64,000 bases of DNA, from assembly GCA_965223325.1 (NCBI GenBank), contig CBDCWI010000001.1:256001-320000 (forward strand), in the 5' to 3' direction. Both the position numbers and the translations under genes were made by a program. The notes beneath the pieces were generated by a model. The model worked only from the letters and a program-made list of their open reading frames with translations, was not told where the DNA came from and made no database searches. Origin of the DNA: Candidatus Multivoradales bacterium (GTDB lineage Bacteria > Acidobacteriota > Thermoanaerobaculia > Multivoradales > Multivoraceae). Below, in pieces: positions 55,510 through 64,000 of this stretch. Every line of letters begins with the position of its first letter. The stretch's first letter is position 1.

Positions 55510-57120
55510 ATGAGTGCGCGCCACCCACCAGACCCCCCAGGCCAGAACACCCGAAAGCCACCTCACCCGACCTCCGCGCCTGGTGCGGTGCGCGGAGAAC
55601 GTGAGGCCGTAGCCGGCGACGAGTGGCTGACGCGCTATCCGGCCGACCACCGCTTCCGCTTCCGCGTCGATTCCGGTCATCCGATCCCCGGCTGGCGCCC
55701 GCGACAGGCAGGAACCCAGACCCGCGCAACCCACGCCGGCACCGCAATCTTCGTCGAGGACACCCTACTCGAGGTCGTCGCCTATGAAACCACCGGCAGC
55801 CAGCCGCCACGGCACTGCTACTTCCTGGCACCCTGGAACGACCAGCTAAACCTCGGCCACCCGCCGCAGGAGTACTCGGTCGAGGTCGCCTCACGTCGCG
55901 CGGCAGATCGCCAACGGGTCGCCGCACTCGAGAAATGGTCACGAGCGGCAATCGTCGCCTCGCCCGTCGTTTCAACCATCCCCGGCGAGCTCCAGGAGAA
56001 ACTCGAACGCGAGATCCAGTACCCGGCGATTCTCGGCACGGTGCTCTCGGCTTGCCTCGTCGGCGCCTCCGCCGTCGCCACCATCCTGTTCGCCCTCTGG
56101 GCCAGCAAGGCACCCGAGGCCCCACGCTGGGCCAGGAACTCCACCTTCCTCTTAGGCGCCGGAGGCCTCTACTTCACCGCCGAAAGCCTCCTGCGCATCG
56201 GCTCGTCGATGGGACTCAGAACTCCCATGGGCTCCCTCCCCGTCGCCGGTCCCATCCAGGTTTTCCGGGCCTTCAAAGACACCATCGACCGCACGAAGGC
56301 CCGCAACACCCTAGAGGGCGAACGGATCGACACCGGCACAGAGCCCCTGCGGAGGCGCGACCGCGTCACCGAACTCGCCCCCGATGAAGACGACCGACGC
56401 CGGCTCGAGGTGGTCAGTGCCTTGCCCAAGGACCACTGGACACTGAACCGCACCGGACTCCGCTACCGCGACCTCTGGTTCATGCCCACCGAACGTGACC
56501 CTGTCGAACTCGTCGCCAGCGACCAGTCCCCGACGTCGAGACCCAGAACCGGTTGGCGCTTTGTCCTGGTGCAAGCAGAGGGCAACGAGAACTTCAAAGA
56601 CTGGGGCGACTACCAGCCCGAAGAAGTCCAGGAAGTCGCCCGGGCGCTCGAGCGCCAAAGGCTCCAACCGTTCGTTGACGTCCTCGCTCTCGTCTGGGGC
56701 CTCATGGCTCCCGAGGACCGCCAGCGCCTCGAGAACACCTACGGCTTCGCCGAAGAACGCTACGCCCGCTTCAGCATCTGGCTCTTCGGCATCCTCGCTG
56801 CCGCTCTCGCCTTCGACGCCCTGCGCATCCTGATCGGCGGCCAGATCGAGTGGCGAGACCCACTCTTCCTCCTGCTCGGCCTCACCGGAACATTCGACGC
56901 CCTACGCCGCCACCTCGGTACCACCACCGGTCCTCGACCGGCGGCCGAACCAACCCCACAGGTCAACGCATTGGGCCTACGAGAAAAAGCCACACTGGCA
57001 CCCCCCGAAGAACCCTTGAACCCGGGCGAGGAACCCGATCTACCTCTGATCGTTCCCGGCAGCCTCTTCGCCCCCCTCGTCCGCGGGCTGGCGAAGCCGC
57101 TCCTCAAGTTGGCCGACTAG
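55510..57120 (+). CDS. Hypothetical membrane protein with two similar soluble+TM modules
   Basis: Long ORF with high GC3 codon usage and two clusters of hydrophobic helices. Confidence 0.75.
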   Translation: MSARHPPDPPGQNTRKPPHPTSAPGAVRGEREAVAGDEWLTRYPADHRFRFRVDSGHPIPGWRPRQAGTQTRATHAGTAIFVEDTLLEVVAYETTGSQPPRHCYFLAPWNDQLNLGHPPQEYSVEVASRRAADRQRVAALEKWSRAAIVASPVVSTIPGELQEKLEREIQYPAILGTVLSACLVGASAVATILFALWASKAPEAPRWARNSTFLLGAGGLYFTAESLLRIGSSMGLRTPMGSLPVAGPIQVFRAFKDTIDRTKARNTLEGERIDTGTEPLRRRDRVTELAPDEDDRRRLEVVSALPKDHWTLNRTGLRYRDLWFMPTERDPVELVASDQSPTSRPRTGWRFVLVQAEGNENFKDWGDYQPEEVQEVARALERQRLQPFVDVLALVWGLMAPEDRQRLENTYGFAEERYARFSIWLFGILAAALAFDALRILIGGQIEWRDPLFLLLGLTGTFDALRRHLGTTTGPRPAAEPTPQVNALGLREKATLAPPEEPLNPGEEPDLPLIVPGSLFAPLVRGLAKPLLKLAD

Positions 57121-57159
57121 CGCTAGCGCCGCCAAGCTCCGCGCAAGCCAAACACAGAA

Positions 57160-57415
57160 CTCCGCGCCAGCCGCCGAAGGCGCGAGCACGAAAGCGCGAC
57201 GTGCCGCAGGCACGAGCCAACCCAGCTCCGCGCCAGCCGCCGAAGGCGCGAGCACGAAAGCGCGATGCGCCCCAGGCACGAGCCAACCCAGCTCCGCGCC
57301 AGCCGCCGAAGGCGCGAGCACGAAAGCGCGATGTGCCGCAGGCACGAGCCAACCCAGCTCCGCGCCAGCCGCCGAAGGCGCGAGCATGAAAGCGCGATGT
57401 GCCGCAGGCACGAGC
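57160..57415. repeat. 66-bp tandem repeat, about 3.9 copies
   Basis: Units start at 57160, 57226, 57292 and 57358 (CTCCGCGCCAGCCGCCGAAGGCGCGAGCACGAAAGCGCGA...GTGCCGCAGGCACGAGCCAACCCAG). Confidence 0.95.
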
Positions 57416-57458
57416 GTGCCCCCCCTCATCCCACCGTCGCGCGATGCCCAATCCGATA

Positions 57459-57740
57459 GGGCGGATGGTGGAGCTTCAGCCCCCGGGAGCAATCAGACGG
57501 GAAAGGCGCAGGATCCAACTTGGCGTCGGCGGGCTGGTTGGCGGGATCAGGGCGGGCAAGTGTCTGAGCGGAGCAAAGCAACACCGGCCGCACCCTGCCA
57601 AACGAACCCAGCGCCACGCCAACCACAAACGGCCGTCGAAGGCGCAGCGAGTTTTGCCCGACCCCCGCCAACCAGCCCGCCGACGCCTAGTTGGATGCGC
57701 CGGCCGTCGCTCCCGGGGGCTGAAGCTCCACCATCCGCCC
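57459..57740. repeat. Long nested inverted repeat (REPIN/MITE-like)
   Basis: Perfect 32-bp IR 57459-57490 / 57709-57740; inner 33-bp IR 57513-57545 / 57664-57696 with one mismatch. Confidence 0.9.
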
Positions 57741-57765
57741 GGCGCCCCAGGCCCGCCTACCGCTT

Positions 57766-57825
57766 CACCTCACCTCACCTCCCCACACCTCACCACACCC
57801 CACCTCACCACACCACACCTCACCT
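57766..57825. repeat. Degenerate pentamer microsatellite (CACCW) x12
   Basis: cacct cacct cacct cccca cacct cacca caccc cacct cacca cacca cacct cacct. Confidence 0.85.
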
Positions 57826-57947
57826 CGCCAGGCGCCACGCCACACCAAAGAGAAACAGCCAACCGCTACCAGCAACGGCCAGCACCTTCCACGCGACGAC
57901 CACCGCTCCTCTTCCAGAACAACCCCTCGAACCCAACCCCAAAAAAA

Positions 57948-59051
57948 CTAACGCTTCTTAGGGTGTTTACGCATCGCGCGGTGGATCTCCCTCCACTTCT
58001 TCTTCTCAGCCAGAGCAGCTCCCTGATCCTGCCGTATCTCCAGGTGAGCGATCTCTTTTTGTAGCCGCGTCCAGCTCTCGAAGCGCGCCGCGCTCATCGA
58101 CCCGTCCGCAATCGCAGCCTGAACAGCACACCCCGGTTCGGTCGTGTGCCGGCAGTCACGAAACCGACACGCCCCAGCGAGTTCCTCCACGTCCTCGAAC
58201 GTCTCTTCGAGTCCCTCGCCCCCCCAGAGCTGCAGTTCTCGAATACCTGGATTGTCGATCAACAACGCGCCCTGCGGAAGCTTGATCAGCTCGCGATGGG
58301 TCGTGGTGTGTTTGCCGCGGTCGTCGCCCCCGCGCACCGCACCCGTACGCATACGCTCAAAACCGGCAAGCCCATTGATCAGCGTCGACTTGCCCGCACC
58401 CGATGAACCGACGAGCACAATGGTACGCCCGGGCTCGAGCCACTCATCGATCGCCTCGAGGCCGACTCCGTGCTTGGCCTGCACCACGACAACTGGCACA
58501 CCCTCACCGGCTGCCTCGAGGGTCGCTCTGACCTGTCGATCCAGTTGAGAGGCGAGATCGGCCTTGTTGAGAATCACCACCGGCTGGGCTCCGGACTCCC
58601 ACGCCGTTGCGAGGAAGCGTTCGAGGCGGCGCAGGTTGAAGTCACCGTCGAGCCCCATGACGATGAACACCGTGTCGACGTTAGCGGCCACGACCTGGAT
58701 CTCGGTGCGCTCCCCCGCTGCCTTTCGTTGAACCTGGGTCGCGCGCGGCAACAGCGCTTCGATGCGTGCCGGCCCGCCCTCGGCGCGCGCCGCCAGATCG
58801 ATCACGACCCAGTCTCCGATCACCGGAAGGTCCTGCGGCCCTCGGGCGGCGTGCCGCAGTCGACCTGCGATCACGGTCTCGACTTCGCCTTCGGCCGTCA
58901 TCACCGTTTGGACACCGCGCTGCTGCAACACGACACGGCCGGGAACCGAGCTCGAGGCAAAGTCGGCTTCCTTCCACACGCTCTGCAGGCGGTCATCCCA
59001 GCCGTAGGCTGAAAGCCCCGAAGACTCGCGACTGGTGCTCGGCGAGCTCAA
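57948..59051 (-). CDS. rsgA: Ribosome small subunit-dependent GTPase A
   Basis: PVIGDWV, NKAD, GSSGAGKSTLIN, GKHTTT, DNPG, Zn finger CRFRDCRHTTEPGCAV. Confidence 0.95.
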   Translation of the reverse strand: MSSPSTSRESSGLSAYGWDDRLQSVWKEADFASSSVPGRVVLQQRGVQTVMTAEGEVETVIAGRLRHAARGPQDLPVIGDWVVIDLAARAEGGPARIEALLPRATQVQRKAAGERTEIQVVAANVDTVFIVMGLDGDFNLRRLERFLATAWESGAQPVVILNKADLASQLDRQVRATLEAAGEGVPVVVVQAKHGVGLEAIDEWLEPGRTIVLVGSSGAGKSTLINGLAGFERMRTGAVRGGDDRGKHTTTHRELIKLPQGALLIDNPGIRELQLWGGEGLEETFEDVEELAGACRFRDCRHTTEPGCAVQAAIADGSMSAARFESWTRLQKEIAHLEIRQDQGAALAEKKKWREIHRAMRKHPKKR

Positions 59052-59064
59052 GAAACGATCCGTC

Positions 59065-59739
59065 TCACATGTTCCCCATCAGGAAACGCCAACGGTCGAG
59101 ATCGGGCACGCGCATGAACATGTTCGAGATCAACTCGTCACCAATCGTCGAGCTGGGACGCGGCCCATAGTCGTGACCGGGATACACCTTCGTTTGCGGT
59201 GGCAACTGGCCGAGCCTCTGAAGCGAGTGATACATCGCGTCGATGTCGCTACCCGGAAGGTCGACTCGACCGCACGCCTGGACAAAAAGAGTGTCGCCGG
59301 CGATCAAGTGGTCGCCGACGTGAAAACACACCGAGCCCGGCGAGTGGCCAGGCGTGTGGTACACGGCGATGGTGAGTTCACCGAGTTCGACACTCGCCCC
59401 ATCTTCGAGCACGACGATCGATTCCTGCGGTGTTCCTCCGATGCGGCGCAGGCGGTCGACCTCGGCAGAATGTACCCAGGTGCGAAACTCCCGGACCTTG
59501 CGTAGCTCGGCGATTCCGGGGATGTGCTGGCCGAAGATGTCGCCTCCGATGTGATCGGGATGGGTGTGGGTCAAGAGGACGCCGAGGACTAGAAACCCCT
59601 GATTTTCCGCGGTTTCGACCAATCCCGGGCCGTCCCAGGCCGGGTCGACGACGTACGCCTTCTTGCTCTCGTCGTCGGCCACGATGTACAGGCAGTTTCC
59701 CATCGGGCCGGCCTTGATCTGTTGGACAACCGCGGCCAT
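59065..59739 (-). CDS. MBL-fold metallo-hydrolase (glyoxalase II-like)
   Basis: THTHPDHIGG, HTPGHSPG, GDTLF..CGRVD, YPGHDY. Confidence 0.92.
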   Translation of the reverse strand: MAAVVQQIKAGPMGNCLYIVADDESKKAYVVDPAWDGPGLVETAENQGFLVLGVLLTHTHPDHIGGDIFGQHIPGIAELRKVREFRTWVHSAEVDRLRRIGGTPQESIVVLEDGASVELGELTIAVYHTPGHSPGSVCFHVGDHLIAGDTLFVQACGRVDLPGSDIDAMYHSLQRLGQLPPQTKVYPGHDYGPRPSSTIGDELISNMFMRVPDLDRWRFLMGNM

Positions 59740-59744
59740 CTCTT

Positions 59745-60158
59745 CTACTCCTCAGTGGGTTGTGCGCCAGCCGCGAGGACGCGGCGGAACGAGCCGCGAT
59801 ACGACCAGGCGAGAAACAGACCCAGCGCCGCAGCCACCAGGCCGATTACCAGGCCCGAGGGTGCGAGGAAGGCATCGAAGAGAACGATGTTGAGGACCAC
59901 CGGGGCGAGGACCGTGAGCGCGAGAGGCACGAAGCGCCCGATCAACAAAAAGAACCCGCACACCGCTTCGGTGGCCTTGATGAGCGGCCACATGTAGCCC
60001 GTCCCGATCAGCGCACCAACGAAGGCTTCACCGTCTGGCGGAAGCTCAGGTTCGGGAAGAAACCCGAAGAAGCCGTTCAGTCCAAAGACAAAGAACAAGA
60101 TGCCAAGCAGGCTGCGTGCGACGACGACTGCGGTCTTGCGAGGTCCCGAAAGTGCCAT
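59745..60158 (-). CDS. DoxX-like membrane protein
   Basis: ARSLLGILFFVFGLNGF...E..CG..LLIGRFVPLAL..LAPV..NI. Confidence 0.85.
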   Translation of the reverse strand: MALSGPRKTAVVVARSLLGILFFVFGLNGFFGFLPEPELPPDGEAFVGALIGTGYMWPLIKATEAVCGFFLLIGRFVPLALTVLAPVVLNIVLFDAFLAPSGLVIGLVAAALGLFLAWSYRGSFRRVLAAGAQPTEE

Positions 60159-60486
60159 AGGTGTTAACCCCCCGTTGTGAGTTCTGATGTTCGTGAAGCG
60201 ACAGTGTACGTGTCACGAACCGACCCTGCCCCACGGCCCGCCGCATGAACATCTTGATTGATGTGCCTGGGCCGACGCGAAGTCGTCTGGCGGTCGAAGA
60301 TTTTCTCGCGATGCAAGTTCATGAGCCCACTGAAGTTGCCGCTCGCACTCCGCACAAGAGCATGAAATATCTGGTTTCGGAGTCTTTCGGTCGCTACAAT
60401 GCATCCACTCCACATCCGATTGATCTCTTTTCTTCGATAACCACTTGCCGCGCCCCGGCAACCCTGCCATCGAGAAACCAACCTCA

Positions 60487-61902
60487 GTGATCCCCCTCAG
60501 CATCAGTCTCGCCAGCGTTGTCCTCGTCATCATGCTCGCCACCGCAGTCTGGGTGTGGGCAACCATCCCCGTCCGCCGACAGCGTCGCGAACTGCAGGCG
60601 AGGAACCAGCGCCTGGCCGAGAAGTCCGACCAACTGAGGATCAAGAACGCCGATCTCGAGCGCCGCATCGAGATCGCCCAACGTCGCGAGCTCGAGCGTC
60701 GCGCGCGTGAAGAACAGGCCCTTCACAGCCAGCGCCTCGAGAGCCTCGGCATGCTCGCTGGAGGCATCGCGCACGACTTCAACAACCTCCTGGTCGGCAT
60801 CATGGGGAGCGCCGAGCTCGCTCGCACTTCTCTGCCCCGCGACAGCGCAACGCGCGATCACCTCGACAGCATTCTCATGTCCTCCGAGCGTGCCGCCGAG
60901 CTCTGCCGTCAGATGCTGGCCTACGCTGGCAAAGCTCCCTTCAGCACCCAGTCCCTGGACCTGCGCGAGCTCGTTCTGTCGCTCGAAAGCCTGTTGGCCA
61001 CCTCGATCGACGAGCGCATCAACCTCGATATCGACTTGAGCACCGATGTCCAGCCGATCGGTGCGGACCGGGCACAGATCGAGCAGGTGGTCCTCAATCT
61101 GGTCATCAACGCCGCCGAGGCGATCGCAAACCAACCGGGGACGATCTCGATTCGCACCGGCGAAGCGGTTTGCGATCGCGACGCCCTGGCTGCCATGCCT
61201 CTGTCATGGGATGTCGAAGAGGGAACCTTCGCCTTCTTCGAGATCAGCGACACCGGCCCCGGCATCCCGGAAGACATTCAGCCTCGGATCTTCGATCCCT
61301 TCTACACCACCAAGTTTCTCGGCCGGGGTCTCGGCCTGGCGGCGGTGTTCGGAATCCTCCGCCGACACGGAGGGTTCATCACCGTCGAATCCAGTCTCGC
61401 AAGTGGATCGGCTTTCCGGGTATACCTGCCGCTCGCCAAGGCCCAACCTCGCGCCCTGACCGCTACCGGCAGCCGCAGCCTGCGCGAGCTCAACGCTCGA
61501 GACGCACCGAGTCGCGGCAATGTTCTGATCGTTGACGACGAACGCGTCGTGCGTGAATTCGCAACCATGGCGCTCGAGCGTGACGGCTTCACAACCGTGC
61601 TCGCCGACGACGGCTCGAGCGGCGTCGAGAGCCTGCGCTCGATGCCCGGGTCCGTCGACTGCGTTCTGCTCGACATGACCATGCCGCGCATGGACGGCGC
61701 GACGGCACTGCGTGCGATGCGCGAAGTGGCGCCAGAGGTTCCGGTCATCGTCATGAGTGGACACAGCGCCGATGTGGTCGAGGGCCTGTTCGAAGACGGA
61801 GAGGTCTTCGCCTTCCTGCCCAAGCCGTTCGCGCTTGATCAATTGCAGTGGGCGGTCAACGAGGCTATGGGTGAGGAACCGGCTGCTGCCTCGTCCTTCT
61901 AG
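60487..61902 (+). CDS. Hybrid histidine kinase/response regulator (CckA-like core)
   Basis: Single TM, coiled coil, H-box GGIAHDFNNLL, N-box NLVINAAEA, DTGPG, FDPFYTTK, GLGL; receiver domain VDDE...D..MP...KPF. Confidence 0.93.
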   Translation: MIPLSISLASVVLVIMLATAVWVWATIPVRRQRRELQARNQRLAEKSDQLRIKNADLERRIEIAQRRELERRAREEQALHSQRLESLGMLAGGIAHDFNNLLVGIMGSAELARTSLPRDSATRDHLDSILMSSERAAELCRQMLAYAGKAPFSTQSLDLRELVLSLESLLATSIDERINLDIDLSTDVQPIGADRAQIEQVVLNLVINAAEAIANQPGTISIRTGEAVCDRDALAAMPLSWDVEEGTFAFFEISDTGPGIPEDIQPRIFDPFYTTKFLGRGLGLAAVFGILRRHGGFITVESSLASGSAFRVYLPLAKAQPRALTATGSRSLRELNARDAPSRGNVLIVDDERVVREFATMALERDGFTTVLADDGSSGVESLRSMPGSVDCVLLDMTMPRMDGATALRAMREVAPEVPVIVMSGHSADVVEGLFEDGEVFAFLPKPFALDQLQWAVNEAMGEEPAAASSF

Positions 61903-61950
61903 TGACGGCGAGCGAACCGCGGAGGCAGAGCGAGCGAGAACGCCGCTCGG

Positions 61951-63348
61951 TTATCGGTTGACCGGGATGTGTTCGCGCGAGAAGTACTCGCGCGCCGCTT
62001 TCATCACCGCAGGAGCGAGCACCAGAGCGGCGATCAGATTGGGCACCGTCATCATCGCAAAGGCGGTGTCGATGATGTTGATCACCGTACTGGCGCTCCA
62101 CACGGCACCGAGAAACGTCCCGACAATGTAGATCCCGCCGTAGACAGTCTCGCGCCGGGCTCCGAACAGGTAGCCGAAACACTTTCGGCCGTAGTAGGAG
62201 TAGCCGACCATCGTCGACACCGCGAACAGGGTCACAATGATCGTGAGCAGAACCTGACCGGTGATGCCAAAGTTGGTGACGAAGGCTTCGTTGGTGAGCG
62301 CAACGCCTTCAATCTCGGCACCCTGCCAGTTCGCACCCGTCAAGACGACAATAGCGGTCAAGGTACAAACGACGATGGTGTCGAGGAAGGGGCCGAGCAT
62401 CGCAACCAGCCCCTCGCGAACCGGTTCGTTGGTGCGCGCGGCGCCGTGCGCTAGAGGCGCAGTGCCAATGCCGGCTTCGTTCGAGAACGCCGCGCGCTTG
62501 ACGCCAATCATGATGACCTGACTCACGGCGACCCCCTCGGCGCCGCCAATCGCCGCCCGACCGGTGAACGCCTCGCTGAGAATCTGCGCCAGCACCGCAC
62601 CCGCCGCGTCGATGTTCATCGCCACGATCACCAGCGCCGCAATCAGGTACACAAAGCACATCGACGGAACCAGGCGAGAGGTCAACCGGCCAATGCGTGC
62701 GACGCCGCCAAAGGCCACGGACGACACCAGAAGGGCACAGACCCCGCCGGTGATCCAGGCCGGCACGGACCACCCGTCGTAGAGAATCTCGGAGAGTTGA
62801 TTGGCCTGGAACATCGGCAGGCAACCGATGATGCCGAAGGCCGCGAACAGGTACGCCAGTGGTTTGAACCGGCGCCCCAGGCCCTCTTCGATGTAGTACA
62901 TCGGGCCACCCTGAAGCCGGCCGAGCGAGTCGTGGCCGCGAAACAGGACCGCCAGGGTGCAGGTGAAGAACTTGGTTCCCATCCCCACCAGTGCCGCGAC
63001 CCACATCCAGAAGACCGCCCCCGGGCCACCCTGTGAAATGGCCAATGCCACCCCACCGATATTGCCAACGCCGATCGTCGACGCGAGCGCCGTCGACAGC
63101 GCCTGGAAGTGGCTGATCTCCCCCGGGTCGTCGGGACTGTCGTAGTCACCGCGCAAAACGGCGAAGCCGTGTCCGATGCGCCGAAACGGCAGCAGCCGCG
63201 AGAACAGGGTGAAAAACACACCCGCACCGATCAACAAGAGGACCAGCTGCGGCCCCCAGGCCAGGTCGACAATGACCTGGGTCACTCGCTCGAAGCGCTC
63301 GGACAAGTCGCCGCCCGCGGCCACCGCGGCAGAAGTTGGGCTTTGCAT
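61951..63348 (-). CDS. Alanine/glycine:cation symporter (AGCS family)
   Basis: ISHFQAL...TIGVGNI.GVA.AI..GGPGAVFWMW, GGPMYYI, FSNEAGIG.APLAH, F.DTIVVCTLT. Confidence 0.95.
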   Translation of the reverse strand: MQSPTSAAVAAGGDLSERFERVTQVIVDLAWGPQLVLLLIGAGVFFTLFSRLLPFRRIGHGFAVLRGDYDSPDDPGEISHFQALSTALASTIGVGNIGGVALAISQGGPGAVFWMWVAALVGMGTKFFTCTLAVLFRGHDSLGRLQGGPMYYIEEGLGRRFKPLAYLFAAFGIIGCLPMFQANQLSEILYDGWSVPAWITGGVCALLVSSVAFGGVARIGRLTSRLVPSMCFVYLIAALVIVAMNIDAAGAVLAQILSEAFTGRAAIGGAEGVAVSQVIMIGVKRAAFSNEAGIGTAPLAHGAARTNEPVREGLVAMLGPFLDTIVVCTLTAIVVLTGANWQGAEIEGVALTNEAFVTNFGITGQVLLTIIVTLFAVSTMVGYSYYGRKCFGYLFGARRETVYGGIYIVGTFLGAVWSASTVINIIDTAFAMMTVPNLIAALVLAPAVMKAAREYFSREHIPVNR

Positions 63349-63574
63349 GCCGCGCAACGTATCAGGCACCCGGGTAGGGACCCGGGTGGGCCTGGAACCT
63401 CGGAACGAACCTGGAACTTCCCCCCTACCGTGCGTGGTTGCTGAATCTTAGCATTGAAGACTCAGACCTAGCGAGAGGTCCAATAGAAAGCTCATCCAGC
63501 AGGGTTTTCAGTCACTTGCCAGTCGTGCTCGGAGCGACCTGCGTGGTCGTTGCTCAGATCATGCGGTCCGGTGC

Positions 63575-63604
63575 TTGACATCCGTCGATCCGTTTCAATA
63601 GATT
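63575..63604 (+). promoter_or_regulatory. sigma70-type promoter of the groES operon
   Basis: TTGACA (63575-63580), 18 nt, TAGATT (63599-63604). Confidence 0.75.
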
Positions 63605-63605
63605 G

Positions 63606-63632
63606 TTAGCACTCTCTGGCGAGGACTGCTAA
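63606..63632 (+). promoter_or_regulatory. CIRCE element (HrcA operator)
   Basis: TTAGCACTC-N9-GACTGCTAA, one mismatch to the consensus TTAGCACTC-N9-GAGTGCTAA, upstream of groES. Confidence 0.92.
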
Positions 63633-63900
63633 TCAGGACTCGGGACGGCAGTCAGACAGGCCGCCTGCCCCTCCACAAACAGCCTCGCCGCGGTCGCGGC
63701 CTCTCGGCCGTCCAGCCCGCAACAAGCGTCAGCAGCACGACCGTCGCCCATCGATCTTCTGGTGCGCAGCGGCTGGCTTGCGAAACGCGACCTTGGGGGC
63801 ACATCACACAGCACGGCACTGCCTTCGCCCAAAGACGGTAGGGCCTTCTTCTCAACCCAGATAGACACAAACGTTCACCATCACACAGGAGTAGTGACAA

Positions 63901-64000
63901 GTGGCAAAGAAACCAAACGTCCGTCCCCTTCAGGACCGTGTCCTCGTCAAGCGCCTCGAGGCCGACGAGCAGGTACGCGGCGGCATCATCATTCCCGACT
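63901..64000 (+). CDS. groES: Co-chaperonin GroES, N-terminal fragment (runs off the window)
   Basis: GTG after SD AGGAG; [33 protein letters not shown]. Confidence 0.95.
   Translation, partial: MAKKPNVRPLQDRVLVKRLEADEQVRGGIIIPD

Noticed and set aside
57160-57415. CRISPR array
   Set aside because: Units are near-identical along their whole length with no unique spacers, and there are no cas genes in the window
56850-58064. ORFs with repeated peptides (e.g. PAPRQPPKARARKRD, PHHT)
   Set aside because: Translations of the 66-bp repeat and microsatellite, open only because the unit length is a multiple of 3 and GC is high
63413-63440. ECF sigma promoter (GGAAC...GTT)
   Set aside because: Spacing is longer than typical and GGAAC recurs several times locally; not supportable without TSS data
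1-64000. rRNA, tRNA, transposase, integrase, prophage or known defence genes
   Set aside because: No recognisable signatures by eye; a tRNAscan/Infernal/DefenseFinder run would be needed to exclude them formally

Overview
GC-rich bacterial chromosomal window; gene content and protein styles suggest Acidobacteriota (Thermoanaerobaculia-like), which is an inference. The left two-thirds (1-41 kb) is dominated by secreted, surface and signalling genes: a two-gene operon encoding a secreted Sel1/coiled-coil protein with a catalytically dead caspase-like domain and a Ser/Thr kinase-TM-caspase fusion with an intact His/Cys dyad; a GH9 hydrolase and a ~4000-aa SdrD-B/DUF11 repeat protein with a gingipain (C25) domain, both ending in a shared (I/L)FxD(G/D)FESG...W tail; a second kinase with a TolB-like propeller; and two colinear tandem Calx-beta autotransporters that also share duplicated downstream non-coding DNA. 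The right third is mostly housekeeping: metG, cysS, a putative metal ABC cluster, an S1-domain protein, DUF1820, skp, rsgA, a hybrid histidine kinase, an alanine/glycine:cation symporter and the CIRCE-controlled start of groES. Non-coding elements include a ~165-bp MITE-like element, a 66-bp tandem repeat, a REPIN-like long inverted repeat and ACCCGGGT palindrome arrays. No rRNA, tRNA, CRISPR array or transposase was seen. All family calls come from motif recognition by eye, not from database searches.
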